Source: an uncultured Gemmatimonadales bacterium
GTDB taxonomy: Bacteria; Gemmatimonadota; Gemmatimonadetes; Longimicrobiales; Gaopeijiaceae
Assembly: GCA_963809895.1 (NCBI GenBank)
Contig: CAWELD010000003.1
Location: forward strand, 576,001 to 640,000
DNA length: 64,000 nucleotides
Direction: 5' to 3'
The translations under genes and the position numbers were made by a program. The notes under the pieces are model-generated. The model ran no database searches, was not told the DNA's origin, and saw only the letters and a program-made list of their open reading frames with translations. Positions 21,681 through 34,628 of this stretch are shown piece by piece. How positions within the stretch are numbered: the first letter of the stretch is position 1; the number at the start of each line of letters is the position of its first letter.

Positions 21681-22550
21681 GTGCCCGAACCTGTTACGAG
21701 TCCCTACCTCGTTCCCTTCGACGGATCCTTCCACGTCGCGGATGCCGCCACCGAGCCGCCCGACGATGCGCCCTCGAAGAAGAAGTGCGAGAAGCGCCTC
21801 GACGATCTCGTGGACCGTCTCGAGGAGCTCCAGCGCACGCTGTACGCCGACGATCGCTACGCCATCCTCCTGGTCTTCCAGGCCCTGGACGCGGCCGGCA
21901 AGGACGGCACCATCCGGGCGGTGCTCGAGGGCGTGAATCCGGCCGGGTGCCAGGTCTTCTCCTTCAAGCAGCCGTCCCGCGAGGAGCTCGATCACGACTT
22001 TCTGTGGCGGACCGCACGCCGCCTGCCGGAGCGCGGTCGCATCGGCGTGTTCAACCGCAGCTACTACGAAGAGGTCCTGGTCGTGCGGGTGCATCCCTCG
22101 TTTCTGGGGGCCCAGCGCTTGCCCGAGGGGGATCCCACGCCGGAGTTCTGGGATCGGCGCTTCGAGTCCATCCGGGACCACGAGCGCCATCTCGCCCGCA
22201 ACGGGACCGTGGTCCTCAAGTTCTGGCTCAACGTGTCCAGGGACGAGCAGCGCCGCCGCTTCCTGGACCGCCTGCGCGAGCCGGACAAGAACTGGAAGTT
22301 CTCCACGGGCGACGTTCAGGAGCGTGACCACTGGGACGCCTACCGGTACGCCTACGAGGAGGCGCTCAGGGCGACCTCCCGGCCCTGGGCACCGTGGTAC
22401 GCCATTCCCGCGGACGACAAGCCGTTCATGCGCATGACCGTGGCGGACGTCGTCGTGAGGACGCTGGAGGGGCTGGGGCTCGCCTATCCGGAGGTGAACG
22501 AAGCGGAGAAGGCCCGCTTCGACGAGATGCGGCGCCTGCTGGAGAAATGA
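21681..22550 (+). CDS. ppk2: Polyphosphate kinase 2 family protein
   Basis: GGAGG RBS then GTG. QALDAAGKDGTI (Walker A), FKQPS, FNRSYYEEVLVVRVH, KNWKFS. Confidence 0.92.
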   Translation: MPEPVTSPYLVPFDGSFHVADAATEPPDDAPSKKKCEKRLDDLVDRLEELQRTLYADDRYAILLVFQALDAAGKDGTIRAVLEGVNPAGCQVFSFKQPSREELDHDFLWRTARRLPERGRIGVFNRSYYEEVLVVRVHPSFLGAQRLPEGDPTPEFWDRRFESIRDHERHLARNGTVVLKFWLNVSRDEQRRRFLDRLREPDKNWKFSTGDVQERDHWDAYRYAYEEALRATSRPWAPWYAIPADDKPFMRMTVADVVVRTLEGLGLAYPEVNEAEKARFDEMRRLLEK

Positions 22551-22666
22551 CGGTCCGCGGGACCGGGCCCCCGGGACTTGTCCCCCGTGCCGCCAATCGT
22601 AGATTCGGGTCCGAGTGGGCCGGTGGGATCCGGCGCACGCGATGACTCCCTTCACGTCGAGACCTC

Positions 22667-22864
22667 ATGAAGTTTTTCGGATACGTCATCGGAATCATCT
22701 GGATCGGCCTCGCCTTCGGAGCGTTCCGCACGTCGGCGGCCGGATGGTCGGGCGGCCATTCCGACATGGGCTTCTGGTGGGCGGTGATCGGCACCCTGCT
22801 GTCGGTGGCGGCGCTCGGCGCCCTGATCGGCACCACGATCCACATCCGGGCCCAGCGCCACTGA
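22667..22864 (+). CDS. Small two-TM membrane protein (65 aa)
   Basis: Two hydrophobic helices; fills the gap upstream of the FAH gene on the same strand. Confidence 0.65.
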   Translation: MKFFGYVIGIIWIGLAFGAFRTSAAGWSGGHSDMGFWWAVIGTLLSVAALGALIGTTIHIRAQRH

Positions 22865-22877
22865 CGGCTCGCGGGCC

Positions 22878-23504
22878 GTGACACTGCCTCTTCCGACACC
22901 TTCCAAGATCGTGTGCGTGGGCCGGAACTACCGGGCCCACGCGGCGGAGCTCGGCAACGACGTGCCCGCCGAGCCACTGATCTTCCTGAAGCCACCCTCC
23001 GCATTGCTGGCACCCGGGGCGGCCATCGTTCTACCGCCCCAGTCGTCGCGGGTGGAGCACGAAGGCGAGATCGGGATCATCGTCGGGCGGCGCCTCCGAC
23101 ACGCCTCGGACTCCGAGACCCGTAGCGCGGTCTCGCACGTCCTGCCTCTCAACGACGTCACGGCCAGGGACCTGCAGCGCACCGACGCTCAATGGACCCG
23201 CGCCAAGGGCTTCGACACCTTCTGCCCGGTGGGCGACCCCGTGGCGGCCGACGGGCTGGACCTCGAGGCGCTGGAGGTCCTCTGTCGGGTGAACGGAGAC
23301 ACGCGTCAGCACGGCCGTGCATCGGACATGGTCTTCAACGTCCCCTTCATCCTCTCCTACATCTCCCACATCATGACGCTGGAGCCCGGCGATGTGGTGG
23401 CCACCGGCTCGCCCGAGGGTGTCGGACCACTCCGCCCCGGTGACGTGGTGCGGGTGGAGATCCCGGGGGTGGGCGCGGTGGAGAACCCGGTGGTGTCGGG
23501 ATGA
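22878..23504 (+). CDS. Fumarylacetoacetate hydrolase family protein
   Basis: KIVCVGRNY..H, IFLKP, EHEGE, NDVTARD, AKGFDTFCP, TLEPGDVVATGSP. Confidence 0.92.
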   Translation: MTLPLPTPSKIVCVGRNYRAHAAELGNDVPAEPLIFLKPPSALLAPGAAIVLPPQSSRVEHEGEIGIIVGRRLRHASDSETRSAVSHVLPLNDVTARDLQRTDAQWTRAKGFDTFCPVGDPVAADGLDLEALEVLCRVNGDTRQHGRASDMVFNVPFILSYISHIMTLEPGDVVATGSPEGVGPLRPGDVVRVEIPGVGAVENPVVSG

Positions 23505-24670
23505 GCCTGCCCAGAAGCGCCCGCGTGGACCGACTCCCCGGCTATCCGCTGGCGCAGATCCCCGAGATCCGGCGCTCGCTGGAGGCCCGCGGCGTCGACG
23601 TCATCGACCTGGGGGCCGGCGACGCCGATCTGGCGCCTCCGCCGGCGGCCGTGGAGGCGCTCCAGCAGGCGGCGGCGGACCCTCGCATGTCCCGGTATCC
23701 GTTCCAGCTCGGCCTGCCGGCCTTCCGTGAGGCGGTGGCGGCCTTCATGCGCAAGCGCTTCGGCGTGGTGCTGGATCCCTTCCGCGAGATCCTGCCCCTG
23801 ATCGGATCCAAGGAGGGGATCGCGCACCTGCCTTTCGGTCTCCTGGATCCGGGTGATGCGGCCGTGCTGCCCGATCCCGGCTACCAGGCGTACCGGGGCG
23901 GAGTGATCCTGGCCGGGGCCGAGCCCCACCTGGTCCCGCTGCGTCCGGAGAACGAGTTCCTGGTGCCGCTGGACGAGGTCCCGGCCGAGGTGGCCGCACG
24001 GACCCGCATGGTCATCCTGAACTATCCCAACAATCCCACCACGGCCTGCGCGCCCGACGACTACATGTGCGGAGCGGTGGACTTCTGCCGGCGGCGGGGT
24101 GCGGTGCTCGTCCACGACCATGCGTACTCGGAGATCGCCTTCGATGGATACCGTCCCCGGAGCGTGCTCGAATTCGAGGGTGCCCGCGACGTGGCCCTGG
24201 AGTTCCACTCGCTCTCCAAGACCTACAACATGACGGGCTGGCGCCTGGGATGGGCGGCGGGAAGCCCCGACCTCATCGCCCTGCTGAGCCGCGTGAAGAC
24301 GTTCGTGGACACGGGCGTCTTCCTCGGCGTCCAGGCCGCCGGGGCCGCCGCGCTGAGCTGCTGGGAGGAGTGGGTTCCGGGCAACGTGGCGGTCTTCCAG
24401 ACCCGGCGCGACGCGGCGGCGCAGGCCCTGGACGAGGCCGGCTTCGACATCACCGTGCCCCAGGCGACCATGTACCTGTGGATTCCCGTGCCCGGTGCGG
24501 AGCCCGCCGAGGCGTTCGCGCTGCGCGCGCTGGAGCAGGAGGGCGTGGTGGTCCTGCCCGGCTCGGCTCTCGGCGACGGAGGTGAGGGGTTCTTCCGGGT
24601 CGCCCTGACCGTGGGGCCCGAGCGCCTCGCGGAGGCCGCCGAGCGGCTGGGCCGCGTCGGCCGAGGGTGA
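23501..24670 (+). CDS. PLP-dependent class I/II aminotransferase (LL-diaminopimelate aminotransferase-like)
   Basis: GSKEGI, NYPNNPT, HDHAY, FHSLSKTYNMTGWRLG (PLP lysine). ATGA overlap with the FAH gene. Confidence 0.88.
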   Translation: MSLPRSARVDRLPGYPLAQIPEIRRSLEARGVDVIDLGAGDADLAPPPAAVEALQQAAADPRMSRYPFQLGLPAFREAVAAFMRKRFGVVLDPFREILPLIGSKEGIAHLPFGLLDPGDAAVLPDPGYQAYRGGVILAGAEPHLVPLRPENEFLVPLDEVPAEVAARTRMVILNYPNNPTTACAPDDYMCGAVDFCRRRGAVLVHDHAYSEIAFDGYRPRSVLEFEGARDVALEFHSLSKTYNMTGWRLGWAAGSPDLIALLSRVKTFVDTGVFLGVQAAGAAALSCWEEWVPGNVAVFQTRRDAAAQALDEAGFDITVPQATMYLWIPVPGAEPAEAFALRALEQEGVVVLPGSALGDGGEGFFRVALTVGPERLAEAAERLGRVGRG

Positions 24671-24727
24671 ACCCGTCGGAGGCCGAAATGCCAGGAACCG
24701 CGCGGGGAAGCGGGGTTACCATACACG

Positions 24728-25600
24728 ATGACGGCCTCCACTTCCCCTACTCCGGCCCCGCCCGACCCGTCCGCGTCCGAGCCGCCGGCGCGACGCGATC
24801 GCTACCGCCAGACCCTGGGATGGGCGTTGGCGGCGTCGGCGTTGGTGCACGTGGTGGCCATCCTTCTTTACCCGCACCTGTTCGGTCGCCTGCCACCCGC
24901 ACAGAATCGGGGGACGCCGGACGCGACCCGGCCACCCACCGGCACCGAGATCATCAACCTGGTGGAGGTGGCCGGCGAGGAGGCGCGACCGGAGACACCT
25001 CCGCCGGAGCGTCGCCCCGAGCTCCAACCACCCCCGACACCGACTGAGGCGCGAGAAGCGGAGCCCTCGCGAGCGCCGCCGGTCCTGGCACCCCCCGGCG
25101 TGCGGCCCGGCGCCCCCGGCGAGGAGGAGGGCTGGACGACCGCGGAGCGCCTCCGACCGACCCCGGGCGATCCTCGCCTGTGGGCGCCCCTTCCCGAGGA
25201 GATCACCGAGCTGTCGCCGGAGCAGCGCATGGAGAACCTGCTCTACGGGCGCCTGCAGGCGCTCAACGATTCCGCGGCCATCGAGGCGGAGCGGGCCCGC
25301 CGGGCCACCGATTGGACCTACACCGACGGTGACGGGAACAAGTGGGGGGTATCACCGGGCAAGCTGCATCTGGGCCCCATCACCATTCCGCTGCCGTTCA
25401 GCTTCGGCATGCCGCCCGGCGCGTCGGACGACATGCATCGCCGGCAGTCGCAGGACGCCGAGATTCGCAGGGCGGCGGGGCAGGGGGCCGTGGACGAGAC
25501 CAACGAGGAGCGGGCCAAGGCGATCCGCAAGCGCATGGACGAGGAACGAAAGAAGAGAAAGGCCGACCCCGACACGACCTCCGGGGGTGGGGGCGGATGA
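24728..25600 (+). CDS. Hypothetical membrane-anchored Pro-rich protein
   Basis: N-terminal TM helix with SxxxH (SALVH), Pro/Glu-rich linker, globular C-terminal part (WTYTDGDGNKWGVSPG). Confidence 0.7.
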   Translation: MTASTSPTPAPPDPSASEPPARRDRYRQTLGWALAASALVHVVAILLYPHLFGRLPPAQNRGTPDATRPPTGTEIINLVEVAGEEARPETPPPERRPELQPPPTPTEAREAEPSRAPPVLAPPGVRPGAPGEEEGWTTAERLRPTPGDPRLWAPLPEEITELSPEQRMENLLYGRLQALNDSAAIEAERARRATDWTYTDGDGNKWGVSPGKLHLGPITIPLPFSFGMPPGASDDMHRRQSQDAEIRRAAGQGAVDETNEERAKAIRKRMDEERKKRKADPDTTSGGGGG

Positions 25601-26061
25601 GCAAGCCGATGCGCAGGAGGCTGCGCCTGGCCGGCCGGGACCGCGCCGACACGTGGATCGTGCCCGCGGCGCTGGGGGCCGCGGCCGGTGTGGTGGTGGG
25701 CTGGATGCTGGGGCGACCCACGTCCCGCCGAAGGGACGAGGCGCCCCGGGAGAGCACGAGGCTCGGTGAGCGGCTGAGCAACGGCCTCGGTGCGGCGGTG
25801 GACGGCCTGCGGGAGATCCACGCGCGCTTCGTCCAGGAGGAGCCACCCGAGATCGTGGAGATCGAGGCCCGGCTGGCCCTCGTCGAGGGCGCCGCCGGGA
25901 TCCGCGTCGCACATCTGGGCGACGGGATCGTGGAGCTGACGGGGTCGGGTTCCGACGAGACGGCCCGCGCCGCCGCAGCAGCGGTAGCCCGAGTAGCCGG
26001 AGTCCATGCCGTCGTGAACCGCGTGTGGACGCCCTCATCGGCCGCTCCGCCCGCGAATTGA
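25597..26061 (+). CDS. BON domain-containing membrane-anchored protein
   Basis: ATGA overlap; TM helix; C-terminal BON-like GIVELTG...AAAVARVAGVHAVVN. Confidence 0.75.
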   Translation: MSKPMRRRLRLAGRDRADTWIVPAALGAAAGVVVGWMLGRPTSRRRDEAPRESTRLGERLSNGLGAAVDGLREIHARFVQEEPPEIVEIEARLALVEGAAGIRVAHLGDGIVELTGSGSDETARAAAAAVARVAGVHAVVNRVWTPSSAAPPAN

Positions 26062-26086
26062 CGCCATCCCGCCCTTCGGATAAGGT
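26058..26086 (+). promoter_or_regulatory. Candidate sigma70 promoter for the valS operon
   Basis: TTGACG-N17-TAAGGT, about 85 nt upstream of the valS start. Confidence 0.55.
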
Positions 26087-26169
26087 AGCGTGTTCTCTTC
26101 GCGACGCCCCGGCGTCGCGAAGCCCCGACACCGAATCCCGCTGATTTCCCCGGAGCCTTTGGAGGCCCC

Positions 26170-28928
<2,759 letters not shown>

Positions 28929-28932
<4 letters not shown>

Positions 28933-30323
28933 CCCGCCGCCTCATCCGGGCCCTGGTGCCCGTCCTGGCGTCGTTGGGTTTGGCGGCCGCCTGCGCGCGG
29001 CAGGGACGCCCCCCCGGCGGGCCCCCGGACCACCGGCCCCCGTTCGTGGTGGCGGTGACGCCGGACACCTTCGCCACCGTCCCGCCGGGCAAGGGCGAGA
29101 TCAAGGTCACCTTCAACGAGCGCATCAGCGAGCGCACCTCGGGGGGGCCGCTGGACGATGCCGTATCCGTGTCGCCGCGGACCGGCGACGTGCGGGTGGA
29201 GCACGGCCGCGACGGGCTGAACATCACGCTGGACGGGGGATTCCGGCCCGGCCTCGTCTACCGGGTCCGGGTGGAGCCGGTCATCCAGGACATGTTCGGC
29301 AACACCATGCGGGTCCCGTACGAGTGGGTCTTCACCACGGGCGGGGAGTTCAACCAGAACGCCGTGGGTGGGCTGGTCTGGGACCGCGTCACCGGTGACG
29401 TGCTGGAGGACGTGACGGTGCTTCTGCGACCGGGGCAGCCTGGCACTCCGGCGTTCGACTCCACGCCCGCCAACGCGGCCATCACCGACACGGCCGGGAT
29501 CTTCACGCTCCGCTACGTGCCGGCGGACACCTTCACGGTGATCGCCTTCCAGGATCGGAACCGGAACGACCAGGCCGACGCCTTCGAGGCCCAGGGGCGG
29601 CGCACGGGCCTGGTGGTGGGGGCCACGGACACGGTGGTGACCAGCCTGCCCATCATGGTGCCGGACACCACACCGCCGCGGGTCGTGCGCATCGAGACCG
29701 TGGACTCCATGACGCTCCGGGTCACCATGGACGATCCCCTGGACCCCCTGGAGCCGCTGGGTCGCGTGGTTCCGGGCCTCTACCGCGAGGAGGGCAACTC
29801 ACCCGCCGTGGAGCGGATCCTGCACGAGAGGGAATGGACGGCATTGGCGGACTCGTTGGCCGAGGCGCGTCAGGCCGCCGCGCCCACCCCACCCGCCGAT
29901 ACCGCCGCTCAGGCCGGCGACAGCGCGGCCGCGGCTGCAGCGGCTCCGCCGTCCGGCCGCCCACCGGCGCGGCTGCCGGCAGCGGGCAGACCCCGAAGTG
30001 CAGCGGCGGCGGGGCAGCCCACCCGCGAATTTCTCCCCGATGGATCGCCCGTGCCGACCCGGACCTTCGTGGTGCGGCTGGACGGGCCGCTGGAGCCCGG
30101 CGAGGCCTACACCGTCCGCGTCCAGGGGGTCACGAACCTGGCCGGATTGACCAGCGAGTCCGAGGAGGCGGTGGTCACCCGGCCCGTGCCCGAGGCGCCG
30201 CCGGCCGCGGCAGCGTCCGACACCGCCGGCGTCCCCCCCGACACCGCCGCGGGGCCGCCCGACTCCCTGCGTGCGCCTCCGGACACGAACCGGGTGAGGA
30301 TCCGCCGGCCTGGGCATGAGTGA
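28929..30323 (+). CDS. Lipoprotein with Ig-like (Big_5) domain
   Basis: Lipobox LAAAC, then ARQGRPPGGPPD and 'IKVTFNERI', typical of this family. ATGA overlap with valS. Confidence 0.8.
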
Positions 30324-31710
30324 CGATCCGCGCCGCCTGATTCCCGGCGTCGACCGGCTCCTGGAGCAGGAGCGCTCCGCCAGGCTGGCCGAGCGGTTCG
30401 GTCGCGCTCAGGTGACCGAGGCGCTCCGGGAGGTGGTGGCCAGGGCGCGGACCGCGGCGGAGGGGGGTGGTGGCCGCGACCTGGCGGATCCGACGCCGTA
30501 TCTGGATCAGGCCGAGGCGTTGCTGGAGGCTGCAGCCCGTCCCTCGCTCCGGCGCGTGATCAACGCCACGGGGGTCATCCTCCACACCAATCTGGGTCGT
30601 GCGCCCCTGGCCGCCGAGGCCCGCGCCGCCATGGCCGAGGTGGCGACCGGCTACAGCAACCTGGAATTCGACCTCCACGAGGGCGCCCGGGGATCGCGGT
30701 ACGTGCACTGCGCCGCCCTCCTGGCGGAGCTCACCGGCGCCGAAGGTGGCCTGGTGGTGAACAACTGCGCCGCGGCTCTGGTGCTGGCCCTGAATACGCT
30801 GGCCGCCGGCCGTGCCGTGGTGGTCTCACGCGGGGAGCTGGTGGAGATCGGCGGCGGCTTCCGCATTCCCGAGATGCTGACCCGCGCCGGAGCGCGGCTC
30901 CGCGAGGTGGGCAGCACCAATCGGACCCGCATCGAGGACTACCGCGCCGCCCTCGAGGAGGGTGACGTGGGGGCGATCCTCAAGGTGCACCGCTCCAACT
31001 TCCGGGTGTCGGGCTTCACGGAAGAGGCCCCACTGGACGCGCTGGTGGCTCTGGGCGCCGACGCGGGCATTCCCGTGGTGCACGACGTGGGGTCGGGCCT
31101 GCTGGTGGACCCGGCGTCGCTGGGGCTGCCACCGGAGCCACGCCCGGCGGAGTCCGTGGCGGAAGGCGCGGCGCTGGCGCTCTTTTCGGGCGACAAGCTG
31201 CTCGGGGGACCGCAGGCGGGGCTGGTCGTGGGCCGCGAGGCCACGGTGGCACGCCTGCGGACCAACCCGCTGTGCCGGGCGCTCAGGGTCGACAAGGGTA
31301 CCTTGGCGGCGCTGGAAGCGACGCTTCGCCTGTACCGGGATCCCGACACCGTGCGCACTCGGGTGCCCGTGCTGCGCATGTTGAGCGAGCCGACGTCCGA
31401 CGTCCGCCGCCGGGCAGAGCTTCTGCTCGAGCGCCTCGGCAGCGAGGTGGACGCGCACGTGGCGCCGGGGGATGCGGTGGTGGGCGGGGGGACCTTTCCC
31501 GGCCATGCCGTGCCCTCGTGGACGCTTCGGATCGCGTCGTCGTCCATGGGCGCCGAGGAACTGGCCGCGCGACTGCGGCACGGGGATCCTCCGGTGGTGT
31601 CGCGGGTGGAGGACGGCCGGGTCGTTCTGGACCTCCGGACCGTGGCCCCCGACGAGGAAGACGCGGTGCGGAAGGGTCTGCTGCGGGCGTTGGGCCCCTC
31701 CGCGTCGTGA
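30316..31710 (+). CDS. selA: L-seryl-tRNA(Sec) selenium transferase
   Basis: VINATGVILHTNLGRAPL, YSNLEFDL, VSRGELVEIGGGFRIP, FSGDKLLGGPQAG. Confidence 0.95.
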   Translation: MSDDPRRLIPGVDRLLEQERSARLAERFGRAQVTEALREVVARARTAAEGGGGRDLADPTPYLDQAEALLEAAARPSLRRVINATGVILHTNLGRAPLAAEARAAMAEVATGYSNLEFDLHEGARGSRYVHCAALLAELTGAEGGLVVNNCAAALVLALNTLAAGRAVVVSRGELVEIGGGFRIPEMLTRAGARLREVGSTNRTRIEDYRAALEEGDVGAILKVHRSNFRVSGFTEEAPLDALVALGADAGIPVVHDVGSGLLVDPASLGLPPEPRPAESVAEGAALALFSGDKLLGGPQAGLVVGREATVARLRTNPLCRALRVDKGTLAALEATLRLYRDPDTVRTRVPVLRMLSEPTSDVRRRAELLLERLGSEVDAHVAPGDAVVGGGTFPGHAVPSWTLRIASSSMGAEELAARLRHGDPPVVSRVEDGRVVLDLRTVAPDEEDAVRKGLLRALGPSAS

Positions 31711-32300
31711 GCCGCGCCGCTGTCTTCCTGGACCGCGACGGCACGCTCATCCGGGAAGCCGACTACCTGGCCGATCCCGATGGCGTCGCGCTGCTGCCCG
31801 GCGTCGTGGACGCGCTCGCGGAGCTCCGGAACGCCGGGCTGGCGCTGGTGGTGGTCACCAATCAGTCGGGGATCGCCCGAGGGCTGTACACCGAGGAGGA
31901 CTACCAGCGAGTGGCCGCGCGCCTGGACCAGGTGCTGGACGAACACGGCGTGTCGGTGGACGCCACCTACCACTGCCCGCACCACCCGGACTTCTCGGGC
32001 CGCTGCGACTGCCGCAAACCCGATCTGGGCATGCACCGCGCCGCGGCCCGCCTGCTGGGTCTGGATCTGGCGGCCTCCTACTTCGTGGGCGACAAGCCCT
32101 CCGACGTGCTGGCGGCCCGGTCGGCGGGAGGGAAGGGGATCCTGGTTCGGACCGGCTACGGCCGGCGCACCGAGGCGGCGGGCACGGTGCCGCCGGAGGT
32201 GACCGTCGTGGACGACCTGCGGGCTGCCGCCCGCTGGATCGTGAAGGACCTGACCCGGCGGCCACCTGAGCGCGTTGACCCTCCTGAAGGCTCGGAATAG
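31707..32300 (+). CDS. gmhB: D,D-heptose-1,7-bisphosphate phosphatase (HAD IIIA)
   Basis: GTG at 31707 overlaps the selA stop. FLDRDGTL, TNQSGIARG, CPHHP...CDCRKP, VGDK. Confidence 0.88.
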   Translation: MSRAAVFLDRDGTLIREADYLADPDGVALLPGVVDALAELRNAGLALVVVTNQSGIARGLYTEEDYQRVAARLDQVLDEHGVSVDATYHCPHHPDFSGRCDCRKPDLGMHRAAARLLGLDLAASYFVGDKPSDVLAARSAGGKGILVRTGYGRRTEAAGTVPPEVTVVDDLRAAARWIVKDLTRRPPERVDPPEGSE

Positions 32301-32303
32301 CTT
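32275..32303 (+). promoter_or_regulatory. Candidate sigma70 promoter upstream of the Fe-S carrier gene
   Basis: TTGACC-N17-TAGCTT at the end of gmhB. Confidence 0.5.
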
Positions 32304-32428
32304 TGACATCAGGTGCCCGCGCGGATGGGGTCGGGGGCAGGAACAGCCCCCGCGCCGGGAGTGTACATGAGCCGCGCGGGACGACGACGAGACGCCCCCG
32401 ATTTCTTTCCACTGCGGAGCGAGATGGA

Positions 32429-32755
32429 ATGCTGACGCTCACCACCACTGCGGCGTCCAAAGTGCAGGAATTCATGACGGAGCACGGATCCAGCGTGCAG
32501 TCCGGCCTTCGCGTGGCCGTGCTGCCCGGAGGATGCTCCGGCTTCCAATACGGGTTGAACATCGAAGACGAGCCCGAAGCTGACGACGAGATCTTCGAGC
32601 TTCAGGGCGTGAAGGTCTTCGTCGATCCCTTCAGCGCCCAGTACCTGGACGGCGTGGAGATCGACTACGTGACCAGCATGATGGGCTCGGGCTTCAGCTT
32701 CCGGAATCCCAACGCCTCGGGCGGCTGCGGCTGCGGCTCGTCCTTCACCGTCTGA
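32429..32755 (+). CDS. iscA: A-type Fe-S cluster carrier (IscA/ErpA/HesB family)
   Basis: GGCSGFQY, IDY, NPNA..GCGCGSSF. Subfamily (IscA vs ErpA) not resolved. Confidence 0.88.
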   Translation: MLTLTTTAASKVQEFMTEHGSSVQSGLRVAVLPGGCSGFQYGLNIEDEPEADDEIFELQGVKVFVDPFSAQYLDGVEIDYVTSMMGSGFSFRNPNASGGCGCGSSFTV

Positions 32756-32783
32756 GGGATTCCCGCTCTGCAGCACGATCCGA

Positions 32784-32816
32784 GAGGGCCCGCGGGGAAC
32801 GACCCTGCGGGCCCTC
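32784..32816 (+). other. Strong intergenic hairpin (terminator or mRNA-stability element)
   Basis: GAGGGCCCGCGGGG-loop-CCCTGCGGGCCCTC (14-bp stem with one G-U pair); no U-tract. Confidence 0.45.
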
Positions 32817-32862
32817 GGCGCAACCTGAGACCGGGCGCTTGGTCTCCCACTCCCACCATGTC

Positions 32863-33900
32863 ATGATGCCATCGACCCTCGAGGTCCTTGCCACCACCCT
32901 GGACTACGCGGCGCTTCCCGAGCAGGAGCTCCGGGAGCGCATCGCGGCCCGCAAGGCCGCGCTGAACGCGGTGATCCTGGGTCACAACTACCAGCGCGTC
33001 GAGATCCAGGGGGTGAGCGATTACCTGGGTGACTCCCTGGGACTGAGCCAGGAAGCCGCGGCCACCGACGCCGACGTGATCGTGTTCTGCGGCGTGCATT
33101 TCATGGCCGAGACCGCCAAGGTGCTGTCGCCGTCCAAGACCGTGCTCATGCCCGACCTCAGGGCCGGCTGCCCCATGGCGGACTTCGTCACCGGCGACGC
33201 CTTGCGCCGGCTCAAGGCCGAGCACCCGGAGGCGGCGGTGGTGGCGTACGTGAACTCCACCGCCGAGGTGAAGGCCCTCTCCGACATCTGCTGCACCTCG
33301 TCCAACGCGGTGCGCGTGGTGGAGTCCATCCCCGAAGATCGGCCCATCATCTTCGTGCCGGACAAGAATCTGGCCGACTACGTGGCCGACAAGACCGGGC
33401 GGGAGAACATCATCGCCTGGGAAGGCTATTGCTACGTCCACGACGACATGGTCCTGGAGGAACTGGCCCGGGTGCGCGACGCCCATCCGACCGCCAAGGT
33501 GGTGGTGCATCCCGAGGCCCGGCGGGAGTTGCTCGAGGCGGCGGACTTCGTGACCTCCACGTCGGGAATGGTGGATCTGGCGGAGGAGCACGACGCCCTC
33601 ATCTTCGGCACCGAGCGCGGGCTGGTGGACCGCCTGCGCGAGCGCTATCCGTCCAAGACGCTCATCCCCCTGTCCGGCGCCGCCATCTGCGGGAACATGA
33701 AGCTCAACACCCTGGCCAAGCTGGCGTGGTCGCTGGACCACCGTGCGCACGAGGTCCTGCTGGACGAGCACGTGCGCGTCGGGGCCGAGCGGTCGCTCCG
33801 CCGCATGCTGGAGCTGTCGGGGGGCTGGCGGCCTCCCACGGCCGAAGAGGAGGAGCTGGAGCGGGCCGGGGTACGTCCGCGGGGGTGTGGCTGCGCGTGA
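32863..33900 (+). CDS. nadA: Quinolinate synthase
   Basis: ILGHNYQ, GDSLGLS, FCGVHFMAETAK, GCPMA, YVNS, CYVH, HPE, CGNMK. Confidence 0.95.
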   Translation: MMPSTLEVLATTLDYAALPEQELRERIAARKAALNAVILGHNYQRVEIQGVSDYLGDSLGLSQEAAATDADVIVFCGVHFMAETAKVLSPSKTVLMPDLRAGCPMADFVTGDALRRLKAEHPEAAVVAYVNSTAEVKALSDICCTSSNAVRVVESIPEDRPIIFVPDKNLADYVADKTGRENIIAWEGYCYVHDDMVLEELARVRDAHPTAKVVVHPEARRELLEAADFVTSTSGMVDLAEEHDALIFGTERGLVDRLRERYPSKTLIPLSGAAICGNMKLNTLAKLAWSLDHRAHEVLLDEHVRVGAERSLRRMLELSGGWRPPTAEEEELERAGVRPRGCGCA

Positions 33901-34553
33901 CGGTCGAGGTCTTCTCCGGGGGCTCGTTCGCCGAGAACGGCTACCTGGTGCGCTGTGAAGAGAGCAACCGCGCGGCGGTGGTCGATCCCGGCGGCGCCGC
34001 GGAGGGGATGGTGGCGCGGCTGGAGGAGTGGGGCGCCGAGCTCGAGGCCATCCTGCTCACCCACGCGCACCTGGACCACGTGGAAGGCATCCCCCGCATT
34101 CGCGCGTACGCGCCCGACGTACCGATTCACCTCCACGAAGACGATCTGCCCCTCTACTACGGGGTGCCGCAGCAGGCGGCGGCATTCGGCCTGAGCGTGG
34201 GCTCGCTGCCCGATCCCGACGCCAGGCTGGAAGCCGGGCAGGAGATCCGCGTCGGCGAATCGGTGCGCTTCGAGGTGCGCTTCACGCCCGGCCATTCCCC
34301 CGGGCACGTGATCCTGGTGAACGAGGGCGATGGGCTGGCGCTGGTGGGCGACGTGATCTTCCGGGGCTCCATCGGGCGCACGGACCTGCCGGGCGGCGAT
34401 CTGAAGACCCTCATGACCAGCATCCGCCAGCAGGTGCTGACGCTCCCCGACGATACGCGGCTGTTGTCCGGGCACGGTCCGGAGACCACGGTGGAGCTGG
34501 AGCGGGTGGGGAACCCCTTCCTGGTGCCGAGCTACCTGGGACACTTCGCGTGA
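33897..34553 (+). CDS. MBL-fold metallo-hydrolase (glyoxalase II-like)
   Basis: GTGA overlap. THAHLDHV, TPGHSPG, GDVIF..SIGRTDLPGG, SGHGPETT. Confidence 0.92.
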   Translation: MTVEVFSGGSFAENGYLVRCEESNRAAVVDPGGAAEGMVARLEEWGAELEAILLTHAHLDHVEGIPRIRAYAPDVPIHLHEDDLPLYYGVPQQAAAFGLSVGSLPDPDARLEAGQEIRVGESVRFEVRFTPGHSPGHVILVNEGDGLALVGDVIFRGSIGRTDLPGGDLKTLMTSIRQQVLTLPDDTRLLSGHGPETTVELERVGNPFLVPSYLGHFA

Positions 34554-34628
34554 GGGCATGGGTCGGGCCCCCCCTGAATTCACGTTGCGGCGCGCCGCGG
34601 GGCGAGGCCATGGCGGAACGAGCCGGCA

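Noticed and set aside
26062..26169. T-box riboswitch upstream of valS
   Set aside because: The leader is too short (~80 nt after the promoter candidate) and lacks a T-box consensus.
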